This document shows, one piece after another, positions 12,900 through 24,471 of a stretch of 64,000 nt of DNA. The stretch is taken from the NCBI RefSeq assembly GCF_001194135.2, contig NC_068985.1:61255520-61319519 (forward strand). The letters are read 5' to 3'. Every line of letters starts with the position of its first letter. Within the stretch, counting starts at the first letter, position 1. The position numbers and the translations under genes were made by a program. The notes beneath the pieces are model-generated. The model saw only the letters and a program-made list of their open reading frames with translations. It searched no databases and was not told where the DNA came from. The stretch comes from Octopus bimaculoides. Its lineage: Eukaryota.

Positions 12900-14368
12900 T
12901 TCCCCTCCTTTTCTACCCTTCCTCCCTACCCCTTCATTGGAAGATCCTGTGGGCCTTCCATCATCTCTAGCTAGATCCCACCACCTTTCCTATTTTCCCC
13001 AACCTACCCTTGCCCTCTCTCAAACGTAGCTCCCTCCCCTTTTCCATTCCCACCCAACCTGTATCTTTCCCTTGCTCCAGGCCCCATTGCCACACTGCCT
13101 TCCTCACTGGATCCAACCTGCATACCCTCAACATCAGGAACTCCTTGTCCTGCACTTCTTCAAACCTTATTTACTGTATCGGGTGCAATCTTTGCAATAA
13201 ACTTTATGTTGGTCAGATGAGCCGTCAGCTAGCTGACCGGTTCACTGAATACCTGTGAGATGTTCATCTATGTAAGAATACCCTCCCCACCCCATCGCCC
13301 ATCATTTTTGTTTGGCCAGTAACTCCACCTCAGACTTCACCATCTTTGGCCTTGCCCTATACCATGGATTCACCAACCCTAGACTCCACCTGGAACAGCA
13401 CTACATTTTCACTCTATCTACTTGAACTCCTTTTGGACTCAACACAACCCACTCCTTTCAGTGACTTCCTCACACACCTTTTTTAAAAAATATTTTATTC
13501 TATTTTATTTCTTATTTTATTAGTTTTTCTTTATCTATTTTCTGTTACTGATTTACTTATATAATCTTTTCATTTGTTTTTTATTATTTTTAATTTTTTA
13601 TTATTTATTATTTTTTATTTTCTATTTAAAAATGTTTTTATATTTCTTTGTTTGCTCATGTTTTTATTTTTTAACTTGTATTTTTAATTTAATTACTTTT
13701 AAATACACACACACTCACACATACACACACCATCATACGCACACACTCACACACACACACTGCCATACACACTCACACACACCGCCATACACACTCATAC
13801 ACATGCACACCCACATAGAGGCCCCTGCCACACACACTCATATGCACATATACATATACACACACTTGCACATATGCACATATCCATATGCACACCCACA
13901 AGCACATACACACTTGTCCTCCTGCCCTTCACACCCTACCACACACACCCGTGCACACACACACACACAACACCCACACATACATGCACACACGCACACA
14001 CTCCCACACATGCATACACACACATGCATACCCATGCACATACTGATATGGACACACATAAAACGCAAACCCTTGGCTAAACCAACACACCCATATACTC
14101 CACCTCACCCTCTCTCCCTTTCACATGCATACACACACACACACAAATGTACATATACCTCGACACACACAACCCTCCACACAACAACAACACACACACA
14201 ATACATACACAACACATATACACACATGTACATACACTTCCACACATACTCTCGTGCACACAGGCACACACACATACCCACATGGACACACGTACACACA
14301 TATATATATATAAAGAGAGAGACAGAGTGACACACAGAGAGACACATACACACAGTTACTACCACACA

Positions 14369-14415
<47 letters not shown>

Positions 14416-14690
14416 GCACATACTAACCATCTTCACACTCTCCTGTTCCAGAAAACACTTTCTCCTTTCACTTTTGGTCACTTCAGAAATGTAACCACAA
14501 GTGGATTGTTGGTGATTTTTCGTTATTTATCATTCTTTCTCTTTGGACTTTCTCTTTCTGACGAAGAGCTATGCTCGAAATATCAACAACTCTCGCTTTT
14601 CACCAAGTGTCAAATAAATTTATTGCTTGTGCACACCCTCACGTTCATTTTTATCATGTTTTCTGTTTTCAGATTAGTTGTTCTTTGAAT
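12900..14690 (+). mobile_element. Penelope-like element 3' part: GIY-YIG endonuclease, low-complexity 3' region, terminal hammerhead-like motif
   Basis: 13100-13445 translates SCTSSNLIYCIGCNLCNKLYVGQMSRQLADRFTEYL...IAHHF...TPFGLN. CTGACGA-A-GAGC-TAT-GCTC-GAAA at 14558-14580. That the two parts belong to one element is inferred. Confidence 0.75.
13700..14415. repeat. Degenerate (CA)-rich tract
   Basis: Direct reading; source of spurious His/Thr and Cys/Val ORFs. Confidence 0.9.
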
Positions 14691-14691
14691 T

Positions 14692-14740
<49 letters not shown>

Positions 14741-15099
14741 ATGGTTTCATACAGTGAAGGATCTCTTTACAATTTTCGAGCTTGCCACATAGGAACGTTG
14801 GTACTCATTTCCATTTTGGATGAGAATACATGAAGTTACATGAGATAGTATGAGATTTTGGAAGAAATAAATATACAGATCATGGGAGGTAATGTATAAG
14901 AAAATCTTAACTGTTGTCTCTCTTACATTAGCCCTGGCATTTTGCAAGGAATGCATTCACTATGGATTAATCAATTCCTTAATCATCTTATGTGAGAATG
15001 CTTGTGCACATCCATTTTTTATGGTGGCATATATCTTTTATGCATAATGTTCATATATGGCATATAAATCAATGTCCAACTTGTCTAGGTTGGAGGAGT

Positions 15100-15625
15100 G
15101 GCAAAGTGGGTGGCGTGAATTGGGGGTCATGCTTGAATTTTTGAAGTATGAATTGTTGCTTGTTCATGCAGGGTGAGAATGTTTCCGCTCTAATATTTAA
15201 AGTATACACTATTGATATTATGATATTTGGTTTGGAAACATGCAACTAATGCTATTAACCTATTGTTTTATTGATGATGATTGGTGGTTAGAGGCTAGGT
15301 CAATATAGAAAGTATCCTCATTTGATTTATGGTAGGGTTTAAATTTGCCTATACTAAGATTCAAATTAATGTTTAGGAAATTAAGTTATTTAAGATTAGC
15401 ATTGTAGTTCTTAAGTTCAGTTGGCTAAATATTTTGCAAAATTTTTCTTTATCTTCTCCATATCCAGTCCATTTTTGTTATGTACTACTCATAGACCATC
15501 GTCCCTATGTAACCCTATGTCAGCTTCTTTTATCTCTTTTTTTGAAGGACATCTAGGATGTAAAAACCAACTAGATTCACTATCTCCAAACAATCATAGC
15601 TCACCATAGTGATATCAAATGGCTC
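15100..15625 (-). pseudogene. Penelope-like reverse transcriptase fragment
   Basis: Minus-strand translation FDITMVSYDCLEIVNLVGFYIL...GLHRDDGL...NFLNINLNL...KPYHKSN...SNH matches the PLE RT pattern FDVTMGSYDGAE...GLYRDDGL. Confidence 0.8.
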
Positions 15626-16070
15626 ATCCCCATTCTTTTTCGCCCACTAGGAATTATTATGAAAAAGTCATGACTTCCTTGCATTCCCTATAATGGCTAT
15701 ATCAGTATTAGTAAATATTGATTAAATGCATTATATGAACATTAGGCATAAAAGACATATGCTTCCATAAACTTATACTGGGTTCCCTTACTAAACAGAA
15801 ATAAGTGCTTTCACATATACATTACATCACATGATTCATAGAAAAAATGCAGAAATACATGAACTTATGAACTGACCACCCCATGCAAGAAATTTAGTGA
15901 GACCTCACAATTATGTGTACATACACAAAACAAAATGCATAATGCATGCATGTATGCATTATCTATATGTGTGCATCTGTGTGTGTGTTTGTGTATGAGT
16001 GTGTGTCTGTGTGTACATAATGTGTTTGGATGTGCATGTGTACATATATGTGTATTTATATTTAAAAATG

Positions 16071-16314
16071 TGAAGGTGCATGGCTCAGTGGTTAGAGCAC
16101 CAGGTTCGCAATCATGAAGTAGTGTTGTGATGTCACTGGTGCCAAGCTGTATCAACCTTTGCCTTTCCCTTGGATAACACTGGTGGCATGGAGAGGGAAG
16201 CTGGTATGCATGGGTGACTGCTGGTCTTCTATAAACAACCTTGTTCAGACTTGTGCTTCAGAGGGTAACTTTCTAGGTGCAATCCCATGGTCATTCATGA
16301 CCAAAAGAGGTCTG
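16071..16314 (+). mobile_element. tRNA-headed SINE (second family) with 14-bp TSD
   Basis: Head GGCTCAGTGGTTAGAGC. TATATTTAAAAATG occurs at 16057-16070 and 16315-16328. Confidence 0.8.
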
Positions 16315-17274
16315 TATATTTAAAAATGGACGTGCATGAGTATTTTCACATAAGATGATTAAGGAATTAATTCATAGCAAGAATCTCAGGGCTAATGCAA
16401 AAGGGAAGCAACAATTACAATTTCCTTATAAGTTACCTCCCATGATCTGTATATTTATTTATTTCAAAATCCCAAACTATCTCATGTAACTTCATGTATT
16501 CTCATTCATGTGGCAAGCTTGAAAATTGTAAAGACATCCCTCTCTACATGAAACCATTGGTAACTTTGTTAACCCACAAATAAAGAATATCTATTCACCA
16601 ATATAATGTTGATCACTCATTCTCACTTTTTGATATATGTGTGTGTGTGTATGTGTGTGTGTGTCAGTGTTTGTTCTCCATCATAGCTTGACAACTGGTG
16701 TTGGTTTGTTTACATCTCCATAACTTAAGTATCAAACTTAAAAAGAAAAAAAATATATAAATACAGGGGCAGATTTGTTCGACCAAACACTTCAAGGCAG
16801 TCCCCCAGCATGGCTGCAGTCTAATAATTGAAACAAGTAAATGATAGAAGAAAAAATGAAAGACAAATAACCTCTGTTAGTAATAAAACTTCTCTCTCAA
16901 AGTGAAACACAGATTGTATGAAACAGTAATACTACATTGTAGTGAAATGTGGACTGTGAATGCAGAGGACAAGTGAAGGCTAAAAACAAATGATGCTAGC
17001 ATGTTCTGGATATCCAATGTCAGCATGCATTATCACAGTTTTCTGGCTTACTGGCTCGAGCCAAACCATCCAATTTATGCCAGCATGGGAAACAAATGTT
17101 AAATGGTGATGATGATATAACGTATAGGCATGCATGTGTGGCTAAAAACTTTGCTTCCCAACTATGTTCCACATTCAGTTCTATTGAATGGAACCTTGGG
17201 CAATTATCTTCTACTATAGCCTCTACTATAGCTTTCTGAGTGGATTTGGGTGCAGAAAACTGAAAGCAGCCAAT

Positions 17275-17328
<54 letters not shown>

Positions 17329-17329
<1 letters not shown>

Positions 17330-17986
17330 AAGGTGCAATGAATAAACTGTCATCTAAATTACGCAAAAATGAAAATAACACTGACATCTCATTTTAACAG
17401 ATATATTAACCAAAATTACATAAAAATATCTTGAAATACTAAACAGTAAATTTATTCAATAAAATCACCATTGCCCTCAACCACAGCCTCCAGACATCTT
17501 CGGAATCTCCTGCAACTCTTCTGGATGGTCTCTTTGTTTAAGTTAGTGAATGCTACCTGCCTGATAAGAAACTCAGACACTCCCATATCCCTTGCAATGG
17601 ACCTGAATGACTTGGAGGGATCATTGTCAATCATAGCCTGGATCTCACCAACAAATTCAGGAGTTATTTTATCAGAACGATCAGAGTGAGTTTTCCAAGC
17701 TGCCGTACCTTCATAATCACCATTAGACTTATCCAACTCTTTCCAAATCTTCTGCACTCTCCTCAGATTGACACTCAAACACTCTGAAATGTTCGTATTG
17801 GGGCTTCTAGTGCAAATTCCCAGCAGTACAGCATGTCATTTCTGGCAGAGTGAATTGCATCATGGTACTGTTTTTCTCAGTCAGTGCCCAACTGACCTTA
17901 CTATACTGTGTAATTGACAAATTCAAAAACAGTCAATGCACGTGCGCGAAATTAAAAATATGAAATAGTAACGATTTACCCATCGC

Positions 17987-17992
<6 letters not shown>
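17329..17992 (-). mobile_element. Non-autonomous maT/Tc1-like element (internal deletion, both TIRs)
   Basis: TA-flanked imperfect TIRs (CAAGGTGCAATGAATAAAC / rc TAGGGTGCGATGGGTAAAT). ORF 17452-17778 joins an HTH region to the transposase C-terminus (CRRFRRCLEAVVEGNG). Confidence 0.8.
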
Positions 17993-18026
<34 letters not shown>

Positions 18027-18408
18027 TAACAGAATGAGATAAAAATCCAAGGCTGTGAAAGATTTCAGAACATTTATAAAGAGAAGGTCTTACAGCTGTT
18101 TCCGGGATGTTTTATATATCCCTTCATTGGAGATGGTGTGAGAAAATGGTTAAGCAATAGTTATTCTTGAAAGGATATAAAATAGAGAATAAAGTGGAAG
18201 AATGAAAACAGATGTGAGATATGCAGGGATATTGTATCTGCAGATCCATTATTTAAGCAGAATGGTATACATATAAGTTTCCTGTACCTTGTGTGTAAGT
18301 TCCAATAGTAGTTAAAATTGGTCATTCCAGGCATAGAGTTTGTAAACAGTATTATTGAATCAAGGGTTTTTTGAAGTGTCTTAAAAGTTGGGAATGTGTT
18401 TACCATTA

Positions 18409-18456
<48 letters not shown>

Positions 18457-18580
18457 CACGTACATATATATAGGTGTGTGTGTGTTCTAATACAACATCC
18501 ATTTTTAAGTGGTGAATACACACACACACACACACACACACATAGGTGTATACGAATGTGTGTTTGTGTGTGTGTGTGTA

Positions 18581-18629
<49 letters not shown>

Positions 18630-18631
<2 letters not shown>

Positions 18632-18876
18632 ACTCCTTGTCTTGACATCAAGTGATAATTGTAAACAAATGCCTCCGTCATATAAACGATGTCATTTGTT
18701 TACAATTTTTCATGAAAATATGTCTGGCCATGAGAAAATATTACCTTACTTGGGAAGGGATGAGGGTTGATGATGAAAAGAGCAGTTAACTTTAAAAAAA
18801 TCTGCCACAACAAATTCTGTCTAACCCACGCAAATATGAAAAAGCAGATATTGAAATGACCATGGTGGGGATGGTG

Positions 18877-18910
<34 letters not shown>
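18630..18910 (+). mobile_element. SINE-like body with RTE-type (GAT)n tail
   Basis: Related segments at ~550-730 and 25560-25660; ends in a GAT repeat. Confidence 0.5.
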
Positions 18911-18912
<2 letters not shown>

Positions 18913-20102
18913 CACATTGATGTTCCTTGTGTAGGAGTGTGACTTGTAGGGATCAGGGGCCTGAGCCACAACATCAACCACATCAATGTCCTTAATGTGG
19001 AAGGAGGCCATGTTGAAAATACTTCCTACTTTATACAACTGAAGAAACAACTCAACAGTTCTGTTAGAAAGTGTCCAGTTAGTTATCTTGACAGAAAGTC
19101 TGGTGTTCTTCTTAAAAAATATATTAAGTATATTCAAAAACTCAGAAAAAAACCCATTGAATTGTCATAAACATATATGCACACTTACATATAACATCCA
19201 AACACAACACACACACATATCCCACTTACAAAAAACACCCTTCACATAGAAATATATGCACACATATATATTACACAAAGATTTGCACATACACACACAC
19301 CATATCCACAAATATACGCACAACACACACATATGCACATACACTCCACACAAGGATGAATGACACAACCACACTCACACATATATGCTCACACAAACAC
19401 ACACACACACACACACACATGCACACACACACACACACACACACATGCACTAGTCTAATGCAAAATAAGAGCAGCAGGTAGTAAGAAACTCTAGAGAGAA
19501 CTGAACAGCAGAAGGTCTTCAGAGAAGAAGCCCCTACCCTACCTCATGCAAGTGTTTCTACTCTTATCTCTTGTGAGAGGACATACACATAAACACATAT
19601 GCAAACACAGCAGTCTAGTGGTGGTAGTGGTGGTTGTGGTGGATATGATGGTGATGTGATTTGACAGAATTCAGTTCCTATTTCTAGCAGTTTAAGTGAC
19701 CATATAAACGTTCACTTGTTAACTTGTTGACATCAAAAGTTTAAAATATGTAAAACTTCAACCAACAATTAAAGCAGCAACTTCTAGGGACAAGTCACAA
19801 AGACTATATTTGTGCTGCTAATCAATAGAGTCTTGGTTCTGTACCAAAATACTTAAATACTAACCTTGAAAACTTCTTCAACACAATGAACATTTTTGTT
19901 TTACATTATTTTTTACAATCATTTTCTTATTTTACATCTTTACAAATCTTGATATATTAGCAGTCATTGTAAAAATTGCATTTTTCTTTAAAAAACTTTT
20001 CCATTTTGTATTATGTAACTTCTTTTAACTATCACCTAATAAGTGTCTAATGAAACTTTGTTAATTAGTGAGAATTAGAAAGTGAAAGTAGTTCTAAATG
20101 TA

Positions 20103-20230
20103 CAGGGTCTCCACAAGGTCTGGGTACATGGAGTAAATAAAATCATAACATAAACAATTAAATATAAGAAATAATAATTTCTTAAAGTATGTATTAATCC
20201 CCCATGTACCCAGACTATGTGGACACCCTG
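20103..20230. mobile_element. 128-bp Tc1/mariner-type MITE
   Basis: 29-bp TIR CAGGGTCTCCACAAGGTCTGGGTACATGG (3 mismatches to the other end), with TA on both sides. Confidence 0.9.
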
Positions 20231-20574
20231 TATATTAAAATACGACAATCAGGAACCAGCTAAAAGAGGTCATCCCTTAGTTCTGATTTTGTGATATGAA
20301 AAGAATGATGAAAATTTTCTGGTCATCATTCTTCTCTTTCAGGTATAATTTCCTGTTGGTGTGGCACAACTTCCTTTCTGATACCTTGCTAGATAAACTG
20401 ATATCATGTAGAACAAAGTCTTCTGTTCAGAACCACTACAAAAGATCTGTAGTATATTTGAAACCTTGGCCTGTGAGTAGATAGCTTAGTATTTCTTCTG
20501 GGTGCATTTCATCAAAACACCAGCACTAGATACATTGTCATATCCTTGACAAGAATGAAGAGTAACAACACACA

Positions 20575-20622
<48 letters not shown>

Positions 20623-20873
20623 AGACAAGTTTTTCATGTTTTGTTGCACACACGCATTTTTGCCAGTATATACGCAGTGAAGCTATACAATAGCGTCGTT
20701 TTTATATCGATTGCTATTCTCCAGCAAATATCGGTACCTTGTTGTACCATTCTTATGAATTNNNNNNNNNNNNNNNNNNNNNNNNNNNNNNNNNNNNNNN
20801 NNNNNNNNNNNNNNNNNNNNNNNNNNNNNNNNNNNNNNNNNNNNNNNNNNNNNNNNNNNNNNNNNNNNNNNNN

Positions 20874-21675
20874 ATGGTGATTGCAGGCCCCCAAAAAGCA
20901 TTAAATAGCTGATGGATTAAAATTTATATTAAACAAACTGAAAAATCAGGTAGAAGAAGATCTGATTTGATTTTTCTCAAATGAGAAAAACTTTGACCAA
21001 GATCAGGAATTTAATAGAAGAAATTACAGATGGTTATGTGCTGACCCTTCTGAAGTTACAAGTGTTAGGTATACAAAATTTCCTGCTACTGTCATGGTTT
21101 TAGGGGTTGTCAACAATGAGGGACATGTGATGCCTCCTTACCTCTTTCCACAAGGCCTTAGAGTTAACTCTGCTGCCTACATTGAGGTCCTGAAAATAAT
21201 TGATAAGCCCTGGATAGACAGTGTATGCAATGGAAAGCCGTATGTATTTCTGTATAACTCTGCATTATCACACACGGCTCTAGTAACACAGGAATGGATG
21301 ACGGAAAATTTTCATGATCACATAATGCCTGAGATTTGGCCTCCTAATTACCCAGATCTCAAAGTATTGGACTATTACATATGGAGTGTTGTTGAGAGAG
21401 AGGTCAATGAACATGCCCATAACACCAAAGATTCTTTGAAAGCTGCTATAGTCAGAGTAATGTCCAAAATAAACCAGGATCACTTGATTCGAGCATGTAG
21501 ATGATTTAGATCTCGTATAGAAGCAGTCTTTGAAGATGAAGGTGGCTTATTGAATAACATTACAGAAAAGGATGCTTATTTTCATTCTCATAGTATTTTT
21601 TGATAAATAAAGTTATCAGTTATTATATATCTATTTTGTATAAACATAAATCCATCCTCAAATATCTTATGCACC

Positions 21676-21678
<3 letters not shown>
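20874..21678 (+). mobile_element. maT (DD37D-like) transposase 3' half with right TIR
   Basis: FFSNEKNF...VMVLGVV...WPPNYPDLKVLDYYIW; ends ...TTATGCACCCTG-TA. Confidence 0.85.
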
Positions 21679-21731
<53 letters not shown>

Positions 21732-21861
21732 TCTATTTTTTTTGTTTCAGTCATTTGACTGCAGCCATGCTGGAGCACCACTTTTAGTTGAGCAAATCGA
21801 CCCCAGGACTTGCTCTTTGTAAACTTTGTACTTATTCTATCGGACCCTTTTGTCAAACCAT

Positions 21862-23605
21862 GATGTCATGGGAGAGAAATGTGTTCGTATGGATGATGAT
21901 ACACTTGCACTAAATGAGGATGCAAAGAAAGAGGTTTGGAGATGACACTACGAAAGGTTGCTCAATAAAGAGAATGAATGGGAGAAAGAGAGTCTGCTGA
22001 ATGTTGACCCAACAGAGGGACCAGCTATCCAAGTTGACAGTACTATGGTAGATAAAGCAATTAAGAGTATGAAGATAGGGAAAGCCCCCGGCCCATCAGG
22101 AATCACTGCAGAGATGCTCAAAATATCTGGCAGTGTCAGCTATAGCCTAGTCACCCGAATTGTTAACCAGGTGATACACAAAGGAGTCATACCCAATGAC
22201 TGGTGTAGCAGCACCATAGTCAACTGCTACAAAGGTAAAGGCGATGCTTTAGATACAAATAATTACAAAGGTATCAAGTTGTTGGATCAGGTAATGAAAG
22301 TCACGGAGAGGGCCATAGCCCAACTAATTAGGGAGAGAGTCAGTTCAGATGAGATGCAGTTTGGGTTCGTGCCAGGTAANNNNNNNNNNNNNNNNNNNNN
22401 NNNNNNNNNNNNNNNNNNNNNNNNNNNNNNNNNNNNNNNNNNNNNNNNNNNNNNNNNNNNNNNNNNNNNNNNNNNNNNNNNNNNNNNNNNNNNNNNNNNN
22501 NNNNNNNNNNNNNNNNNNNNNNNNNNNNNNNNNNNNNNNNNNNNNNNNNNNNNNNNNNNNNNNNNNNNNNNNNNNNNNNNNNNNNNNNNNNNNNNNNNNN
22601 NNNNNNNNNNNNNNNNACCACTGATGCTATATTTCTGGTAAGACAGCTGCAGGAGAAATACCTAGCCAAAGATAAACCTCTGTACCTGGCTTTCGTTGAC
22701 ATGGAGAAAGCCTTTGACAGGGCCCCCCGATCCCTTATCTGGTGGTCAATGAAGAAACTAGGGATAGAAGAATGGTTAGTGAGAGCTGTGCAAGCCATGT
22801 ACAGAGACAGTGTCAGTAAGGTGAGGGTTGGCAATGAGTACAGTGAAGAATTCCGGGTAGAGGTAGGGGTCCACCAAGGTTCAGTCCTCAGCCCCTTCTT
22901 ATTTATCATAGTCCTTCAGGCAATAACAGAGAAATTGAAGACAGGATGCCCCCGAGAACTCCTCTATGCTGATGACCTTGCACTTATTGCTGAATCACTA
23001 TCAGAACTAGAGGATAAGTTTCAGGTGTGGAAGCACGGACTAGAATCGAAGGGCCTTAGAGTCAATCTAGCTAAAACCAAAGTCCTAATAAGTAGGAAGG
23101 TAGATAAAACACAAACCCCTTCAGGTAGATGGCCCTGCTCGATCTGTAGAAAAGGCATAGGTAGAAACTCTATAAGATGTACCCAGTGTAAGCTATGGAC
23201 ACATAAGAGATGCTGCAATATCAAAGGAAGGTTAACTAGTAAGATAGTTTTTGTATGTGGCAGATGCCCAGGAGCAATATACACTGAAAATGTGCAGAGA
23301 ACAACTGCCACATTCCAGGGAGAAAAACTAGAAGTAGTTGATAGCTTCCGTTACCCAGGTGACCAAGTCAGTAGCGGGGGAGGGTACGCTGAAGGTGTAG
23401 CTGCACTGCTAGAATAAGAATAGCCTGGGCAAAGTTCAGTGAGCTCTTACCTCTGCTGGTGACAAAGAGCCTCTCGATCAGAGTAAAAGGTTGACTGTAT
23501 GATGCATGTGTACGAACAGCCATGCTACATGGCAGTGAAACATGGGCCGTGACTGCTGAGGACATGTGTAAGCTCGCAAGGAATGAAGCCAGTATGCTCC
23601 GATGA
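21862..23605 (+). mobile_element. 5'-truncated RTE LINE (RT domain), contains a gap
   Basis: KAPGPSGI, YKGKGD, VHQGSVLSP, LLYADDL and KVDSF-type motifs in ORFs 21958-22379 and 22701-23417. Confidence 0.95.
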
Positions 23606-23857
23606 GCCTCGGTGAGGCCTAATGTTCGAAGGTCATGCTTCACCACCTCATCCCAGGTCTTCCTGCGTCTACCTCTTTCACAGGTTCCCTCAACCGCCAG
23701 GGTGTGGCACTTTTTCACACAGCTATCCTCATCCATTCTCGCCACATGACCATACCAGCACAATCGTCTCTCTTGCACACCACAACTGATGCTTCTTAGG
23801 TTCAACTTTTCTCTCAAGGTACTTACACTCTGTCGAGTATGCACACTGACATTACAT
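23606..23857 (-). mobile_element. Inverted continuation of the same RTE
   Basis: Reverse complement carries the sequence that directly follows ...ATGCTCCGATG in the copy at 50723-51085. Confidence 0.85.
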
Positions 23858-24471
23858 AGATATGTATATATATACATATGTTTACAATTAAACCTTGGGA
23901 GAGGCATTATGCCGGTAATAAACACACACACTGGTTCAGTCCTTTATTAATTTATATAGTTTTTTGTTAAATTATTTCATTGCACTCTTGCAATCTCTTC
24001 AGTAACTTGTCTCTCCACTTCCATTTATTTTGAACGTATGATCTGGCGTTGTTTTGGCATTGTTTTGGCGTTGTTTCGAAATTGTTCAGTATGAACATGT
24101 GAGTGTGTGCAAGCTCATATGTGTGCACGCACTTATGTGTTCGTGCTTATATGTAAGTATGTGCGTCCATATGTGTGTTTGTAACAATTTCTTTTATATC
24201 AGATCAGATAGNNNNNNNNNNNNNNNNNNNNNNNNNNNNNNNNNNNNNNNNNNNNNNNNNNNNNNNNNNNNNNNNNNNNNNNNNNNNNNNNNNNNNNNNN
24301 NNNNNNNNNNNNNNNNNNNNNNNNNNNNNNNNNNNNNNNNNNNNNNNNNNNNNNNNNNNNNNNNNNNNNNNNNNNNNNNNNNNNNNNNNNNNNNNNNNNN
24401 NNNNNNNNNNNNNNNNNNNNNNNNNNNNNNNNNNNNNNNNNNNNNNNNNNNNNNNNNNNNNNNNNNNNNNN

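Noticed and set aside
13632-14494. His/Thr-rich and Cys/Val-rich ORFs, also at 6105-6385 and 18388-18770
   Set aside because: Translations of CA/GT microsatellites.
8526-16120. tRNA-like heads at 8526 and 16075
   Set aside because: SINE promoter regions with no cloverleaf, so not tRNA genes.
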